Assembly (NCBI GenBank): GCA_043821645.1
Contig: JBDRCO010000076.1
Span: 64,001 to 128,000, forward strand
DNA: 64,000 bases
Reading direction: 5' to 3'
From: Pseudomonadota bacterium
GTDB lineage: Bacteria; Myxococcota; JACRCW01; JAFGSX01
Shown: piece after piece, positions 43,915 through 54,428 of the stretch
Layout: every line of letters begins with the position of its first letter
Position numbering within the stretch: the first letter of the stretch is position 1
The notes under the pieces: generated by a model
What the model saw: the letters and a program-made list of their open reading frames with translations, nothing else
What the model was told of the DNA's origin: nothing
Databases searched by the model: none
Program-made: the position numbers and the translations under genes

Positions 43915-45570
43915 CTAGAGCATCGACTCCCAGGTCGAGGATTCTGCAAAGATGTCCTCGGACGCAGAAACCGCTCGGCGCGTCCCCTCGAGCCCACGCA
44001 GGAAGTAGACGAAACTCAACTGCTGCCCGGCCTGGCCACGCTCGGCGGTGAACATCTTGGCGATCCCGTTGGGGTACACGACGTAGCGCCCGGCCGTGGC
44101 ATCTCCCACCGGGAAGCGGATGCCCTGCTTGCCCGGGCCGGGAGCGTAGGCCTTGGCCAGCAACTCGGTGCACACCAGGGTCGCGTCTGAACGCACGTCG
44201 AAGTCGAAATCGTACTCGGCCTTCCAGTAAGCCAGGGCGTCGAGCAGGGCGAGGGCCTTGTCGAGGCGGCTCAGGGAGTGCGGCCGGAGCACCGCGATGA
44301 AGTCCGCGGAGAAAGCATCCTCGGCGGTGTTGAAGAACACGCTGTTGGCCTTGACGCCGTCGCCTTCGAGCACCCTCATGGGCGCTCCCCTGGCGTCGGT
44401 GCGCTGCCAGTCGGCCAGGGCCTTGGGAAACCGCGCCTCGATCAGGGCAGCCAGGCTGTCGTGCCCCAGGCGACGGGCATGGGCGAGCACCTCAGGCGTG
44501 TTCAGGTAGCGCATGGCCTCGTCGAAGCTGCCGATGTACAGGCCGGTGTGACCCCAGAAGCCAGTGATGAAGAAGTTGCTGAGGTAGTAAGTGGTTTTCT
44601 CGAGAAAGATGTCACCGGGCTCGAGCCTGGGCAGCATATCGCGGATCTGTTGGGTGGTGATGAGCTGGCTATCCCAGTGCTTGACCTTGGTGGCACCCAT
44701 GAACACCGCGACAGGGCGCACCACTTCTCGCATCAGGTCGCGGCCGCTGCGTTCACGCCGAGGTGCGGAAGTGTCGCCGTCACCATCCTCCACGGCGCCA
44801 CTTAGGTACAGAAAGGCATAGAGCTCCCGCGAGTGCTCGGTCCAGAATTCCTCGACCCAGGTGTCCTCGCGTGCTGCCGAGAACTCGCGGGTGGGGTCCA
44901 GGGGTCGACGCACCTCGTACTTGGAATAGTGCAGCAGGTCCAGGCGGTCGGGGATATCGACCAGGCCTCGCCGAAAGAGCGTGTAGGTCCCACCCTCGAG
45001 GCCGCGGCCCGCAGGTGTCTCGTCAAATAGCAGCTGCAGGGTCTCGGCGTCGTCGGTGAAGCCGAGCCATCGCTCGCCATAGATGAGCTTGGCCACGCGC
45101 GCGGTCATGCTGATCAGGCGGCCGTCATAGTTGTCGATGTCCCGGTGTCCGCCGGCGCCTTCGATCTGGAGCTGGTAGACCCGGGCCAGCTCCGCCAGCT
45201 CAGAGTGGCCGAGGTAGAACTGCTGCCACAGCCCCCCCAGCAGCCTGCGCTCCTGCAGAGCGAGTACTGTTCGAGGTTGCTTGGCGCGTTCGAACAGCCC
45301 TCGGTGGCTGGCCGCGACTGCGAGCACATCTTCGAGAAAGCGGCACTGTCTCTTGAGCGCGCGCAGATCACGCCGCACAGCCTGAGCATAGGCCTCGCGT
45401 GCCGTTCGCTCCGCCCCGGTGAGGTTTGGCAAGCTGGTGGGGGTCGCGGCGTCGAGACCGACCTGGGCCGTGGAGGGGGCAGTGCCGGTTGGCGGCACCG
45501 TCGCGGCCGCAGGAACGAGCAGCGTCAGCAGGAGGGCACAGGTGAAGGCTGTCGCGGAGTGACCGTGCAT
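43915..45570 (-). CDS. Secreted permuted papain-like amidase (YiiX/YebB, NlpC/P60 superfamily)
   Basis: Signal peptide; LEPGDIFL, FWGHTGLYIG (His), YDFDFD...LVCTELL (Cys after His, the permuted order); GGAGG RBS. Confidence 0.82.
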   Translation of the reverse strand: MHGHSATAFTCALLLTLLVPAAATVPPTGTAPSTAQVGLDAATPTSLPNLTGAERTAREAYAQAVRRDLRALKRQCRFLEDVLAVAASHRGLFERAKQPRTVLALQERRLLGGLWQQFYLGHSELAELARVYQLQIEGAGGHRDIDNYDGRLISMTARVAKLIYGERWLGFTDDAETLQLLFDETPAGRGLEGGTYTLFRRGLVDIPDRLDLLHYSKYEVRRPLDPTREFSAAREDTWVEEFWTEHSRELYAFLYLSGAVEDGDGDTSAPRRERSGRDLMREVVRPVAVFMGATKVKHWDSQLITTQQIRDMLPRLEPGDIFLEKTTYYLSNFFITGFWGHTGLYIGSFDEAMRYLNTPEVLAHARRLGHDSLAALIEARFPKALADWQRTDARGAPMRVLEGDGVKANSVFFNTAEDAFSADFIAVLRPHSLSRLDKALALLDALAYWKAEYDFDFDVRSDATLVCTELLAKAYAPGPGKQGIRFPVGDATAGRYVVYPNGIAKMFTAERGQAGQQLSFVYFLRGLEGTRRAVSASEDIFAESSTWESML

Positions 45571-45645
45571 GACGTCCTCCTCGCGGAGTGCGGGCGCCGA
45601 ATGTCACCAGCTCGCTCCGATTGCCAGCTCCCGATCTCTCTCGCG

Positions 45646-47919
45646 TCAGGCCTGCTTGTGCTCTTTCTTGTCCTGCGCCAGCACCGAGGTGATGGCGGTG
45701 AGCCGGTTGATCTCCTGCACGCCAGCGCCCCGCTGCATGATGTTGGCAGCGTAGTCGATGCCCAGGATCATGGGTCCCACCACCTCGGCTCCGCCCAGGT
45801 GCTGCAGCAACTTGTAGGCGATGTTGGCGCTGCCGAGGTCCGGGAAGATGAGGACGTTGGCGTTGTCCTTGAGCCCACTGAAGGGGAAATCCCTCTCTCG
45901 CAGTTCGGTGTTCACGGCGATGTCGGCCTGCATCTCGCCGTCGACCTCGAGCTCGGGGCGGCTCTTTTTGATCAGCTCGGTGGCGCGACGCATCTTGTCC
46001 ACCGAGAGGTGGCGCACGGCGCCAAAGGTCGAGAACGAGAGCATGGCCACGCGCGGCGTGATCTCGAACTGCTGCACGTAGTCCGCGGCCATGATCGCGA
46101 TCTCGGCGAGCTGTTCGGCATTGGGGTCGATGTTGATCGTGGTGTCGGCGAGGAACTTGACCGTGTTCTTGAACACCAGCATGTACATGCCCGCGGCGAG
46201 TCCAGGCTTGTCGCGCAGCAGCTGCAGCACCGGGCGCGCGCAGGTGGCATAGGACTCGGTCACGCCGGTGATCATGCCGCTGGCGTCGCCAGTGCGCAGC
46301 ATCATGCAGCCGAAGACATTGGGGTCGTGCACCATCTTCTCGGCGGTGCGGAAGGTGACGCCGCGTCGCTGCCTCAGCTTGAACAGCTCCTGGGCGTACA
46401 GCTTGCGACGATCCGTCGACGACGGGTGCATGAGGATGAGCTTGCTGATGTCCAGGTTGTGCTCGGTGGCCAGCGCCTGCATCTTGGGCACCGGGCCCAG
46501 CAGCACGGGATGGCAGATGCCGTCGTCGGCGAGATCGAGAGCGGCCTGCATCACGCGCAGGCTGTCACCCTCGGGGAACACGATCTTCTGCGGGTTCTGC
46601 TTGGCCTTCATGTAGGTCAGGTGCAGGCGTCCCTGGGCGCGGCTGAGCCGGCGTGTCAGCTCGGCGCGGTAGGCGTCGATGTCGGTCAGGGGCTTGCGTG
46701 CGACGCCGCAGTCCGTCGCCGCCTTGGCAACGGCGGGCGCCACGTGCAGCAGTACGCGCGTGTCGAAGGGCTTGGGGATGATGTACTCGCGGCCGAACTT
46801 GAACTCCTGGTTGCCATACGCCGCACTGACCGACTCGGGCACGTCGAGTCGCGCCAGCTCGGCCAGGGCGTGGGAGGCGGCGATCTTCATCTCCTCGGTG
46901 ATCTTGCGCGCTCGCACATCGAGGGCGCCGCGGAAGATGAAGGGGAAGCCCAGCACGTTGTTGACCTGGTTGGGGTAGTCGCTGCGGCCCGTGGCCATGA
47001 TGACGTCGTCGCGGGCGGCCTTGGCGTCGGGATAAGTGATCTCGGGATCGGGGTTGGCGAGGGCGAACACGATGGGGTCCTTGGCCATCGAGCGCACCAT
47101 GTCCTGGGTGACCAGGCCCGCCACCGAGCAGCCCAGGAACACGTCGGCGCCCTTCATGGCGTCCGCTAGGGAACGCCGCGGCGTGTCGACGGCGAAGGCC
47201 TCCTTGTACTTGTTCATCCCCGCGCTGCGGCCCTTGTAGACCACGCCCTTGGTGTCGACGAGGAGCACGTTCTCGCGCAGCACGCCCATGGTGATGTAGA
47301 GGTTGGCGCAGGCGATGGCCGAGGCGCCGGCGCCCGACACCACGACGGTGAGATCCTTGAGCTTCTTGCCGGCCAGCTCCGCGGCGTTGATCAGGGCCGC
47401 GGCACTGATGATGGCCGTGCCGTGCTGGTCATCATGGAACACCGGGATGTCCATGATCTCCTTGAGCTGGGTCTCGATCTCGAAGCACTCCGGCGCCTTG
47501 ATGTCTTCGAGGTTGATGCCGCCAAAGGTCGGCTCGAGCAGCTTGACCGTGCGCACGATCTCCGCGACGTCCTTGCTCGCGATCTCGATATCGAACACGT
47601 CGACGTCGGCAAAGCGCTTGAACAGGACTCCCTTGCCCTCCATCACCGGCTTGCCTGCCAGGGCACCGATGTCGCCCAGGCCCAGGACCGCCGTGCCATT
47701 GGAGACCACGGCCACCAGGTTGCCTCGCGCGGTGTACTTGAACGCGTCCTCGGGGTTCTTCTCGATCTCCAGGCAGGGTTCGGCGACGCCCGGGGAGTAG
47801 GCCAGGGAGAGGTCCCGGGAGGTGACGCAGGGCTTGGTCGAGATCACCTCGATTTTTCCCGGACGGCCGCTCGAATGGTACAGGAGAGCTTCTTGCTTCT
47901 TCTGGTTCGTGGTCATCAT
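45646..47919 (-). CDS. maeB: NADP-dependent malic enzyme with C-terminal phosphotransacetylase-like domain
   Basis: [67 protein letters not shown]; Pta-like IVFPEG, DGEMQAD. Start is ATG 47919 or 47916. Confidence 0.97.
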   Translation of the reverse strand: MMTTNQKKQEALLYHSSGRPGKIEVISTKPCVTSRDLSLAYSPGVAEPCLEIEKNPEDAFKYTARGNLVAVVSNGTAVLGLGDIGALAGKPVMEGKGVLFKRFADVDVFDIEIASKDVAEIVRTVKLLEPTFGGINLEDIKAPECFEIETQLKEIMDIPVFHDDQHGTAIISAAALINAAELAGKKLKDLTVVVSGAGASAIACANLYITMGVLRENVLLVDTKGVVYKGRSAGMNKYKEAFAVDTPRRSLADAMKGADVFLGCSVAGLVTQDMVRSMAKDPIVFALANPDPEITYPDAKAARDDVIMATGRSDYPNQVNNVLGFPFIFRGALDVRARKITEEMKIAASHALAELARLDVPESVSAAYGNQEFKFGREYIIPKPFDTRVLLHVAPAVAKAATDCGVARKPLTDIDAYRAELTRRLSRAQGRLHLTYMKAKQNPQKIVFPEGDSLRVMQAALDLADDGICHPVLLGPVPKMQALATEHNLDISKLILMHPSSTDRRKLYAQELFKLRQRRGVTFRTAEKMVHDPNVFGCMMLRTGDASGMITGVTESYATCARPVLQLLRDKPGLAAGMYMLVFKNTVKFLADTTINIDPNAEQLAEIAIMAADYVQQFEITPRVAMLSFSTFGAVRHLSVDKMRRATELIKKSRPELEVDGEMQADIAVNTELRERDFPFSGLKDNANVLIFPDLGSANIAYKLLQHLGGAEVVGPMILGIDYAANIMQRGAGVQEINRLTAITSVLAQDKKEHKQA

Positions 47920-48122
47920 GCTCCTGCCCGCACCGGCGCCATCGGGTCTCCGGTGCATTGCCGCTGCCGCGCTGCGGCGTTATGGTTCGCGGGACACCAA
48001 GCCACTGACCGCCAGCAGGGTCAAGGGATACGCACACCCGCTGGTCGTTGTGTGACAGTGCCATGTCGCGACGTACGAGCCCCGGCATAGTGACCGCAGT
48101 TGGTGGGGCGAGGAGAGTCGAG

Positions 48123-50018
48123 ATGCCCGTGCACGCCACAGACTCCGTGCTGATCGTCGAGGAGGGAGAGGTCGGGCATCAGCTCGCCGACTACCTGCGT
48201 CCACGTGGATTTCAAGTGCGCCTGGCCGCGAGCGCGGTCGACGCCCTGGCCTGCCTGGCCGAGGAGCCCGTGGCAGTGCTTTTGAGTGACACCCTGCTCC
48301 CCGACATGAACGGCCGCGAGCTGGTCAAGCAGGCCCGAGCGCAGCAGGGGCCCACACTGGCCGCGGTGCTCATGAGCTCCGTGTTCACCTCGGTGCGAGA
48401 GCGGCTCGACGACACCGATGCCGACGTGGTGGCCTTCTTGCCCAAGCCCCTGCGTCTCGAGGACGTGGAGCGTACGCTGCGCAGGGTCCTGGATCGCGAG
48501 AACCGGGCCGGGCAGGACACTGCTGTGGCGCCGGCACCTCGCCAGGCGGGCCTCGAGCCACGTGCCGCGGCGCGCACCCTGCTCGAGCTCTTCACGACGA
48601 GGCGAAGCGGTGTGCTGCAGTTCAGGCACGAGAAGGACGAGATCGACGTCACCCTGCTCCGCGGGGTCCCGGTCAACGCGCGCTCGAACCTGCGCCAGCA
48701 CACCCTGGGCTCGTACATGCTGGCAGTGGGACGGCTGAGCGTGGAACAGGTGCGGGCGGTCGACGAGCTCATGCGCCAGCGCAAGCTTCGGTTCGGTGAG
48801 GCGCTGGCCGAGCTGGGATATGCCACGTCCTCCGAGACCGTGCAGTTCTTGCGCGGTGCGGTGCTGGCGAGGATTGCTCAAGCGGTCACCTGGAACCAGG
48901 GCGCGCTGAACTTCGTCGAGGATGAGCGCGGCGCCGAGAACGCAGCCCTGACCGAGATCGACCCCCGCGAGGCCATCCTCATTGGCTTCGCGCACCACAC
49001 CGACCTCGCCGAGGCCGTGGCTGCGCTGGGCACGCAGCGCGATCAATACGTGTGTCCGACCTCTCACCTTGAGCTGCTCCGTGACGTCGTCACGCGCGTG
49101 CTCGGCGATGCCTCCCTCACCACCCTGGTGGTGTCCACACCGCGCCTGGATGCCGTGCTGAACGCGATGCAAGCTCAGGGGGCGACCGCGGTTCGCCACC
49201 TGTACGCACTGTGGGCCTCGGACCTGATTGCCTTCCTGCCGCAGCCGCCGCGCGCCGAGGAGCCGGTCGTACCCTCCGACGCCGTGGTGCAGGCCAGTGC
49301 CCCCACGACCGGCGAGAGCTTCGAGAAGGCCGAGGACATCTTCAACGAGTACTTGCGTTGCCAGGGCGCCGGCCACTACGCCGTGCTCAACGTCGACCCG
49401 GCGGCAGGGCTCACGCTGATCGAGGAGGCCGCCCGGGCGCTGCGGGCGAAGCTGGAGATCTGGGCCCAGGTTCGATCGGTGACGCTGCGTGCGCGTACCG
49501 AGGAGATCCGGGGCTGGCTGGAAGACGCTCTGGCAGTGCTGGGCGATCCCGACCGGCGCGTGGCGTATGACAAGTCCCTCCTCCTGGTGCAGCAGGCCGC
49601 GCCTGCGGGGATACAGGACGCGGAGGCCGAGGCACACTTCCGCGCCGGGATGGAGGCCCTGGCCAGGGCGGACTTCAATAACGCGATCGAGGCGCTGCGC
49701 CGGGCACACGAGCGCTGTCCTGACGATCCCGACTACGCAGCATCGCTGGGCTGGGCCGAGTCCCGGCGAGCTCGTCGCGACGCGTCGGAGGGCTACGAGC
49801 GCCTGGTCACCGTCTGCGCGCAGAATCCCAACGCGGCCCAGGCCTACTACTATCTGGGTCTGCTCTCCGAGGAACGAGGCAACCGCGCCAACGCCGTCGA
49901 TGCCCTGTCTCGTGCGGTCGCGGTGGATCCCTACCATGCCGACGCTGCTGCCGCGCTGCAGCGCCTGGGTGGCCAGGCGACCGAGCTCTACCGGGAGCTG
50001 TTCGACGAGCCTGACTGA
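48123..50018 (+). CDS. Response-regulator receiver + DUF4388-like + degenerate DnaJ + TPR multidomain protein
   Basis: REC: VLIVEE, LLSDTLLPDMNG, FLPKP; RRSGVLQF...LLRGVPVNARS...LGSYML; J-like HYAVLNV...LGDPDRRVAYD without HPD; C-terminal TPRs. Confidence 0.82.
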   Translation: MPVHATDSVLIVEEGEVGHQLADYLRPRGFQVRLAASAVDALACLAEEPVAVLLSDTLLPDMNGRELVKQARAQQGPTLAAVLMSSVFTSVRERLDDTDADVVAFLPKPLRLEDVERTLRRVLDRENRAGQDTAVAPAPRQAGLEPRAAARTLLELFTTRRSGVLQFRHEKDEIDVTLLRGVPVNARSNLRQHTLGSYMLAVGRLSVEQVRAVDELMRQRKLRFGEALAELGYATSSETVQFLRGAVLARIAQAVTWNQGALNFVEDERGAENAALTEIDPREAILIGFAHHTDLAEAVAALGTQRDQYVCPTSHLELLRDVVTRVLGDASLTTLVVSTPRLDAVLNAMQAQGATAVRHLYALWASDLIAFLPQPPRAEEPVVPSDAVVQASAPTTGESFEKAEDIFNEYLRCQGAGHYAVLNVDPAAGLTLIEEAARALRAKLEIWAQVRSVTLRARTEEIRGWLEDALAVLGDPDRRVAYDKSLLLVQQAAPAGIQDAEAEAHFRAGMEALARADFNNAIEALRRAHERCPDDPDYAASLGWAESRRARRDASEGYERLVTVCAQNPNAAQAYYYLGLLSEERGNRANAVDALSRAVAVDPYHADAAAALQRLGGQATELYRELFDEPD

Positions 50019-50045
50019 GTTCCAGGCCATCGCGCTGGAGGTCCC

Positions 50046-50360
50046 GTGGCCGTGCAAGTGTTCTTGTGTACCGCCCCGTCGTCCGAGGTTGGCTCCACGC
50101 TGGCGCGACAGCTGGTCGAGGAGAAGCTTGCCGCCTGCGTCAACGTGGTACCCGGGATCCGTTCGTTCTACTGGTGGGATGGCAAGGTGCAGGACGATGC
50201 CGAGGTGCTGCTCGTCATCAAGACCCGCCAACAACGCGCCACGGATCTGCTCGCTCGCATCGCGGCGCTGCATCCCTACACCGTGCCCGAAGGGATAGGC
50301 TGGACGGTGACCGACGGCCTCCAGCCCTATCTGGATTGGGTGGAACGCGAGGCGCCATAG
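50046..50360 (+). CDS. cutA: Divalent-cation tolerance protein CutA
   Basis: LARQLVEEKLAACVN, SFYWWDG, LVIKT, HPYTVPE, YLDWV. Confidence 0.93.
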   Translation: MAVQVFLCTAPSSEVGSTLARQLVEEKLAACVNVVPGIRSFYWWDGKVQDDAEVLLVIKTRQQRATDLLARIAALHPYTVPEGIGWTVTDGLQPYLDWVEREAP

Positions 50361-50402
50361 CGAGCCGGACAGAATCGCAGCGAGATCCGCCAACCTGGCG
50401 GC

Positions 50403-50418
50403 TGTGTTGATAATCACA
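50403..50418. promoter_or_regulatory. CRP/FNR-family-like operator palindrome
   Basis: TGTGT-TGATAA-TCACA, a 9/10 match to TGTGA-N6-TCACA, 63 nt upstream of ATG 50482. Confidence 0.45.
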
Positions 50419-50481
50419 TCTGACGGAACGCAGAACCCGACCCGGTGACCGCCTGGACGGCCCGGGTGAAGACGTGAGCAC

Positions 50482-51375
50482 ATGACCTCGACACCCCGCA
50501 TCCCTGCTTCGACCCAGTCGCTGTGGCGCGCCGCGCAGCAGCTGGAGTCCCAGGGGCGGCTCGATGGCCACGAGCTGGCCACCCTGCAAGGGCTCAAGAC
50601 CGGAGACCTCCAGGATGTCTCGAGCGAGGCCTCGCTGCGGGCCCTGGTTCACCGCCATCACGACGAGCTCGACCTCACGCAGCACCGGGACCTGGCCACG
50701 GTCCTGGGTCTGGTGCCCGGCGCCCACGAGGCGCCCGTGATCCCCTTGCAGGCTGGTTCGCGCACTGCAGGCCCCGCTGGCGGCACCACGGGGCCCTCCG
50801 GCACCATGACCGAGCGCAGCGTGCTCGAGGACCTGCTGCAGCGCCACGGGCCCAGCCTCGACGGACAGCTGCGCAACCTGGTGGTCGGCTTTTTGCGGAC
50901 CATGCCCGAGGAGGACCACACCCCGCGGCGTGGCCAGTTCGGCGCGCTGGCCCAGATCGTGGCCCTGCGCAGCGACCACAAGCCCTTTCCCAGAAGGCTG
51001 GATGCGGACCCTGAACATACACCGGTGTCGCGCCAGGACCTCGAGCACATGCTGGACGCCAACGCCGCCCGCGGGCAGCTCCTGGTGGCCATGGGCGCAG
51101 CCTCGGCCGAGGAACTCGCGCGGTTCAATGCCGGCGAGATGACCCTGAACGAGTTCTACCTGCTTGCAGCCCGCGGCCATTTTGGCGACGCCATCGACCA
51201 GCCCGTGCGCTACGAGGTCCTGCGAGAGCGCATGACCGCCGCGGGACTGGAGATTGATTTTCATCGGCTCCTCAGTGACCTGGATCCCGCCGCAGCCGAG
51301 AAGCTGCTCGACGGCAGCACGACCCCACGCGAGATCTTCTCGCAGCTGGCACACACGCGGGGTCGCGAGGATTGA
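50482..51375 (+). CDS. Hypothetical protein
   Basis: 297-aa ORF with coding-like GC3 bias; fills the gap between cutA and the DUF4388 gene; no recognised motif. Confidence 0.65.
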   Translation: MTSTPRIPASTQSLWRAAQQLESQGRLDGHELATLQGLKTGDLQDVSSEASLRALVHRHHDELDLTQHRDLATVLGLVPGAHEAPVIPLQAGSRTAGPAGGTTGPSGTMTERSVLEDLLQRHGPSLDGQLRNLVVGFLRTMPEEDHTPRRGQFGALAQIVALRSDHKPFPRRLDADPEHTPVSRQDLEHMLDANAARGQLLVAMGAASAEELARFNAGEMTLNEFYLLAARGHFGDAIDQPVRYEVLRERMTAAGLEIDFHRLLSDLDPAAAEKLLDGSTTPREIFSQLAHTRGRED

Positions 51376-51503
51376 GGTGCTCGCCCGGCGCAGACCTCCT
51401 GCGTCCGGTTCCCCCACTTTGCACGAATGTCATGGGGTCTCCGTTGTAAGAGCGGGACGAGTGGGCTAATCCTTACGGGCTCACCCGCGACAAGGGGCTT
51501 CCC

Positions 51504-53930
51504 ATGGGCAACAGCACGACCGTTCCCGATGCAGGAGCCCTGGACCTGATTCCGCTGGAGCGCGTCATCACCTCCCTGGCAGAGCTCAAGGCCAGCGGTC
51601 GCGTGTGCGTGTATTCCGGCGACAGCCAGGGCTCCATCGCGTTCGACCAGGGCAGGGTTGCCGGCGCGGAGTTCCGCGACCAGCAGGGCGACGAGGCCCT
51701 GGTTCACCTCATCGCCTTGACCGTCGGCCGCTACGAGATCATTCCCCAGCCGGCGAGCTCCGAGCTCGGAGGGGCAGACTCGCGCCTGAACAGCATCATC
51801 GTCGAGGCACAGAAACGCCGCGCCCGCCTCGAGTCGTTGAGCCAGGCGGTGGGAGGACTGGAGCGGGTGCTGCATGTGGATGTGCAGCGCCTGCGGCAGC
51901 AGCTCGAGCAGATCCCTGACGAGGTGAACCCTGTGCTCAACCTCTGCGACGGCCGCCGGAGTGTCGCGGAGATCCTGCGCGCATCGAGTTTTGGGGACAT
52001 CACCACCCTGCGCATCCTCGAGCGCCTGACCCTGATGGCCGTGGTCACTGATGCTCAGGTCCCGGAACCCGCTGGCGAGGCCACCGGCCTTGACGACGCC
52101 CCTGCCGCCAGCGCGTCGGCGCCGGCTCCCGTCGAGATACCCAGAGAGCAGGTTGCGGATTCCACGGTGAGCCAGGACGCGCAGGAGCACGCCGCCTCGC
52201 CGGACGAAGCGGCGCAGGATGCCGCGACCGAGGTCCAGCCCGCGCAGGCCGTCGACGCCACCCCATCGTCTGACCTCGAAGCCAGATCCGATCTCGCCAG
52301 CGACTCGGCTCAGCCTGAGGTCTCCCTGCCGGTCTCGGAGCCGGAGACTTCGACCGAGCCGGGCTGGGCAGCGCCACCTGTGGCGAGCACAGCGATCGCT
52401 GACGGGCCGAGCTTGTCCCCGTCGCCAGATGCTGCGGCAGATACCGAGACCGTGAGCGAGATCGCGACCCAGATCGAGTCCCCGATCGAAACCAAGACCG
52501 AGACCGAGATCGAGACCAAGATCGCGACCGAGGCTGTGGAACCTGCTCCCGGGGCCGAGCCCGTTTCGATGGATCAGGCACCCTCCCTGCTGGTCGACGC
52601 TGCGCCCGCGACCCCGGCGGCACCTGTGCCCGTCGACGTGGGCGAGGTCGCCCCTCAGGTGGAGACGGCCGCCCCAGAACATGGTGCGCCGGAAGCTGCG
52701 CCTCCCGCGGAGACTGTGGACACGAGCGAGCTTCGCCTGTACCCGGCAGTCGTTGACGGCGGGAAACCACCTGCTGTGGCCATGTGGCAGACCGAAGTAC
52801 ATGGGGAAACGCCTGTGGTGGCTCGGTGGACGAATTTCCCGCCGGAACCACCGCCCCATAGCGCCTTCGAGGAGTATGGGCCGGCCCGCAGCAGTGCCAA
52901 CTCCCTGGCGGCCGCACTCGGGGGTGAAGCGAGCGGCAGCACCGATGAGGGTTTTGAAAACTGGCTCGACGCGGAAGAGGCGGGATTCTTCGAGCGCGCC
53001 GTGAGCGAGACCTTCGAGTACGAGACCGCGGCGTCTCGACCTCGGGGGCGCGATCTATTTCCCTTTGTCCTGGGCGTCACCTTCGTGGGGCTGGTCGTCA
53101 TTGGTGTGGGGCTCTACCTGTGGCGCAGCAGTCAGCCCCCACCGGCCGCAGGCAGCGTCTCCCTCGGCGAGGTCGTGGTCCAGGAAACGCAGCCCTTTCG
53201 CGCACCTGGCCGTCCCGTGATCATCCCCGCGGACGATGAGCTCAAGGTGCAGTCCCCCTACGAGGCCGTGGTCGAGAGTGCCCGCGGTGCAGAGCCGGCC
53301 AAGGTGGACACCGTCCTCCAGCCCGACACACCCGTGGTCACCGTGCTGCGGGACGTCGAGGGTCTGGTGCCCGAGGCGCGCGCGCCCGAGGAGTTGCCGA
53401 CGCCGCCGTCGGCCGAGACCCAGCCCCAGGAGGAAGCACCTCCGGTTCACGACGCCACGCCAGCAGCTGGCACTGGAGTGCCGGTTCCGACTCCGCCCGA
53501 TCCTCCCCTCAACCCACCGCCAGCAGCGGAGGCCAGCGCCGCGGCCGCCGTGGCTCCCGAGGACGGAGGCAAGACCTTCGCCCAGCTCTATGCCGAGGGC
53601 ACACGCCTGCTCAAGCGCGAACGTTACAAGCAAGCCCTGGCCAAGTTCGAGGCGGCCATGATCAAGGATCCGGGCGACGCCCGGGTCTACCTCTCCATCG
53701 GTCAGATCTACTTCGAGTTCGGCAACATCCACAGCGCCATCAAACACTATCGCAAGGCCGAGGCGCTGGCGCCGCGCAACCCTCGTGTGCACCTGCTGAT
53801 GGGCCTTGCCCTGCATGAGGCCGGCAAGCTTCAGGACGCGCGCACCCACTACCAGCGCTACCTCGAGCTAGATCCCGAGGGCACCGAGGCCCCGGCAGTA
53901 CGAGGCATCCTCGCCACCTTGCCGCGCTGA
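51504..53930 (+). CDS. DUF4388-like domain protein with long acidic linker, one TM helix and C-terminal TPRs
   Basis: ASGRVCVY...GSIAFDQGRVAGAE...GDEALVHL; IPDEVNPVLNLCDGRRS; TM FVLGVTFVGLVVIGVGLYLW; TPRs ending YQRYLELDPEG. Confidence 0.8.
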   Translation: MGNSTTVPDAGALDLIPLERVITSLAELKASGRVCVYSGDSQGSIAFDQGRVAGAEFRDQQGDEALVHLIALTVGRYEIIPQPASSELGGADSRLNSIIVEAQKRRARLESLSQAVGGLERVLHVDVQRLRQQLEQIPDEVNPVLNLCDGRRSVAEILRASSFGDITTLRILERLTLMAVVTDAQVPEPAGEATGLDDAPAASASAPAPVEIPREQVADSTVSQDAQEHAASPDEAAQDAATEVQPAQAVDATPSSDLEARSDLASDSAQPEVSLPVSEPETSTEPGWAAPPVASTAIADGPSLSPSPDAAADTETVSEIATQIESPIETKTETEIETKIATEAVEPAPGAEPVSMDQAPSLLVDAAPATPAAPVPVDVGEVAPQVETAAPEHGAPEAAPPAETVDTSELRLYPAVVDGGKPPAVAMWQTEVHGETPVVARWTNFPPEPPPHSAFEEYGPARSSANSLAAALGGEASGSTDEGFENWLDAEEAGFFERAVSETFEYETAASRPRGRDLFPFVLGVTFVGLVVIGVGLYLWRSSQPPPAAGSVSLGEVVVQETQPFRAPGRPVIIPADDELKVQSPYEAVVESARGAEPAKVDTVLQPDTPVVTVLRDVEGLVPEARAPEELPTPPSAETQPQEEAPPVHDATPAAGTGVPVPTPPDPPLNPPPAAEASAAAAVAPEDGGKTFAQLYAEGTRLLKRERYKQALAKFEAAMIKDPGDARVYLSIGQIYFEFGNIHSAIKHYRKAEALAPRNPRVHLLMGLALHEAGKLQDARTHYQRYLELDPEGTEAPAVRGILATLPR
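52458..52529 (+). repeat. Degenerate 12-bp tandem repeat (6 units) in a linker region
   Basis: Encodes EIAT-QIES-PIET-KTET-EIET-KIAT. Confidence 0.7.
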
Positions 53931-53999
53931 GCGCGCTCCGCTCCACCTGTTCTCAGTCATCGCCCGGGACCTGGAATCCAAGCGCAGGGCTCCACCGGC

Positions 54000-54428
54000 T
54001 CAGGCACCCTCGACCCCGAGATGGTGACGAAGCGACGTCAGCGCCTCGGCGCGGTCGAGCCCCGCCGGGACACCCTCTTCGAAGGTCAGGCTGTCGACGG
54101 ACAATTCCGTGAAGTCGGCATGGTGTGGACCAGCAGCGAAGAAGCGCAGGGGCTTGCCGAGCTGTAGCGCGTACAGGATCTCTGCCCACACACCATCGGC
54201 AATGGGGCCATAGACCCACAACGCGTCGCAGCGCGCGAGTACGTTGTTGTTGCAGCAGCGCACGTCGTCCCGCGGCACCAGGTCGTGCAGGAAGTAGCCG
54301 AAGGCATTGAACGGGTTGAGGGGGACGGCCCCCTGTTCGATGGCGTGCTGGCACACCAGCATCCGGGCGTAGTACAGATGGCGGGACTGGGCAGTGAACA
54401 CCACCGGGCGTGATTCGAGCAGGTTCAT
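54000..54428 (-). CDS. Nucleoside 2-deoxyribosyltransferase (NDT)-fold / DUF4406-like protein
   Basis: VVFTAQS, VPLNPF, LARCDALWVYG, DGVWAEI...A...GKP pattern; ATGA overlap with the upstream stop. Confidence 0.65.
   Translation of the reverse strand: MNLLESRPVVFTAQSRHLYYARMLVCQHAIEQGAVPLNPFNAFGYFLHDLVPRDDVRCCNNNVLARCDALWVYGPIADGVWAEILYALQLGKPLRFFAAGPHHADFTELSVDSLTFEEGVPAGLDRAEALTSLRHHLGVEGA

Noticed and set aside
45145-47169. 674-aa plus-strand ORF opposite maeB (likewise 40072-42060, 48021-50597, 23641-25248)
   Set aside because: Antisense shadows of well-supported genes.
52458-52529. Short tandem repeats considered as a CRISPR or contingency locus
   Set aside because: Degenerate in-frame 12-mers with no spacers and no cas genes; low-complexity linker.
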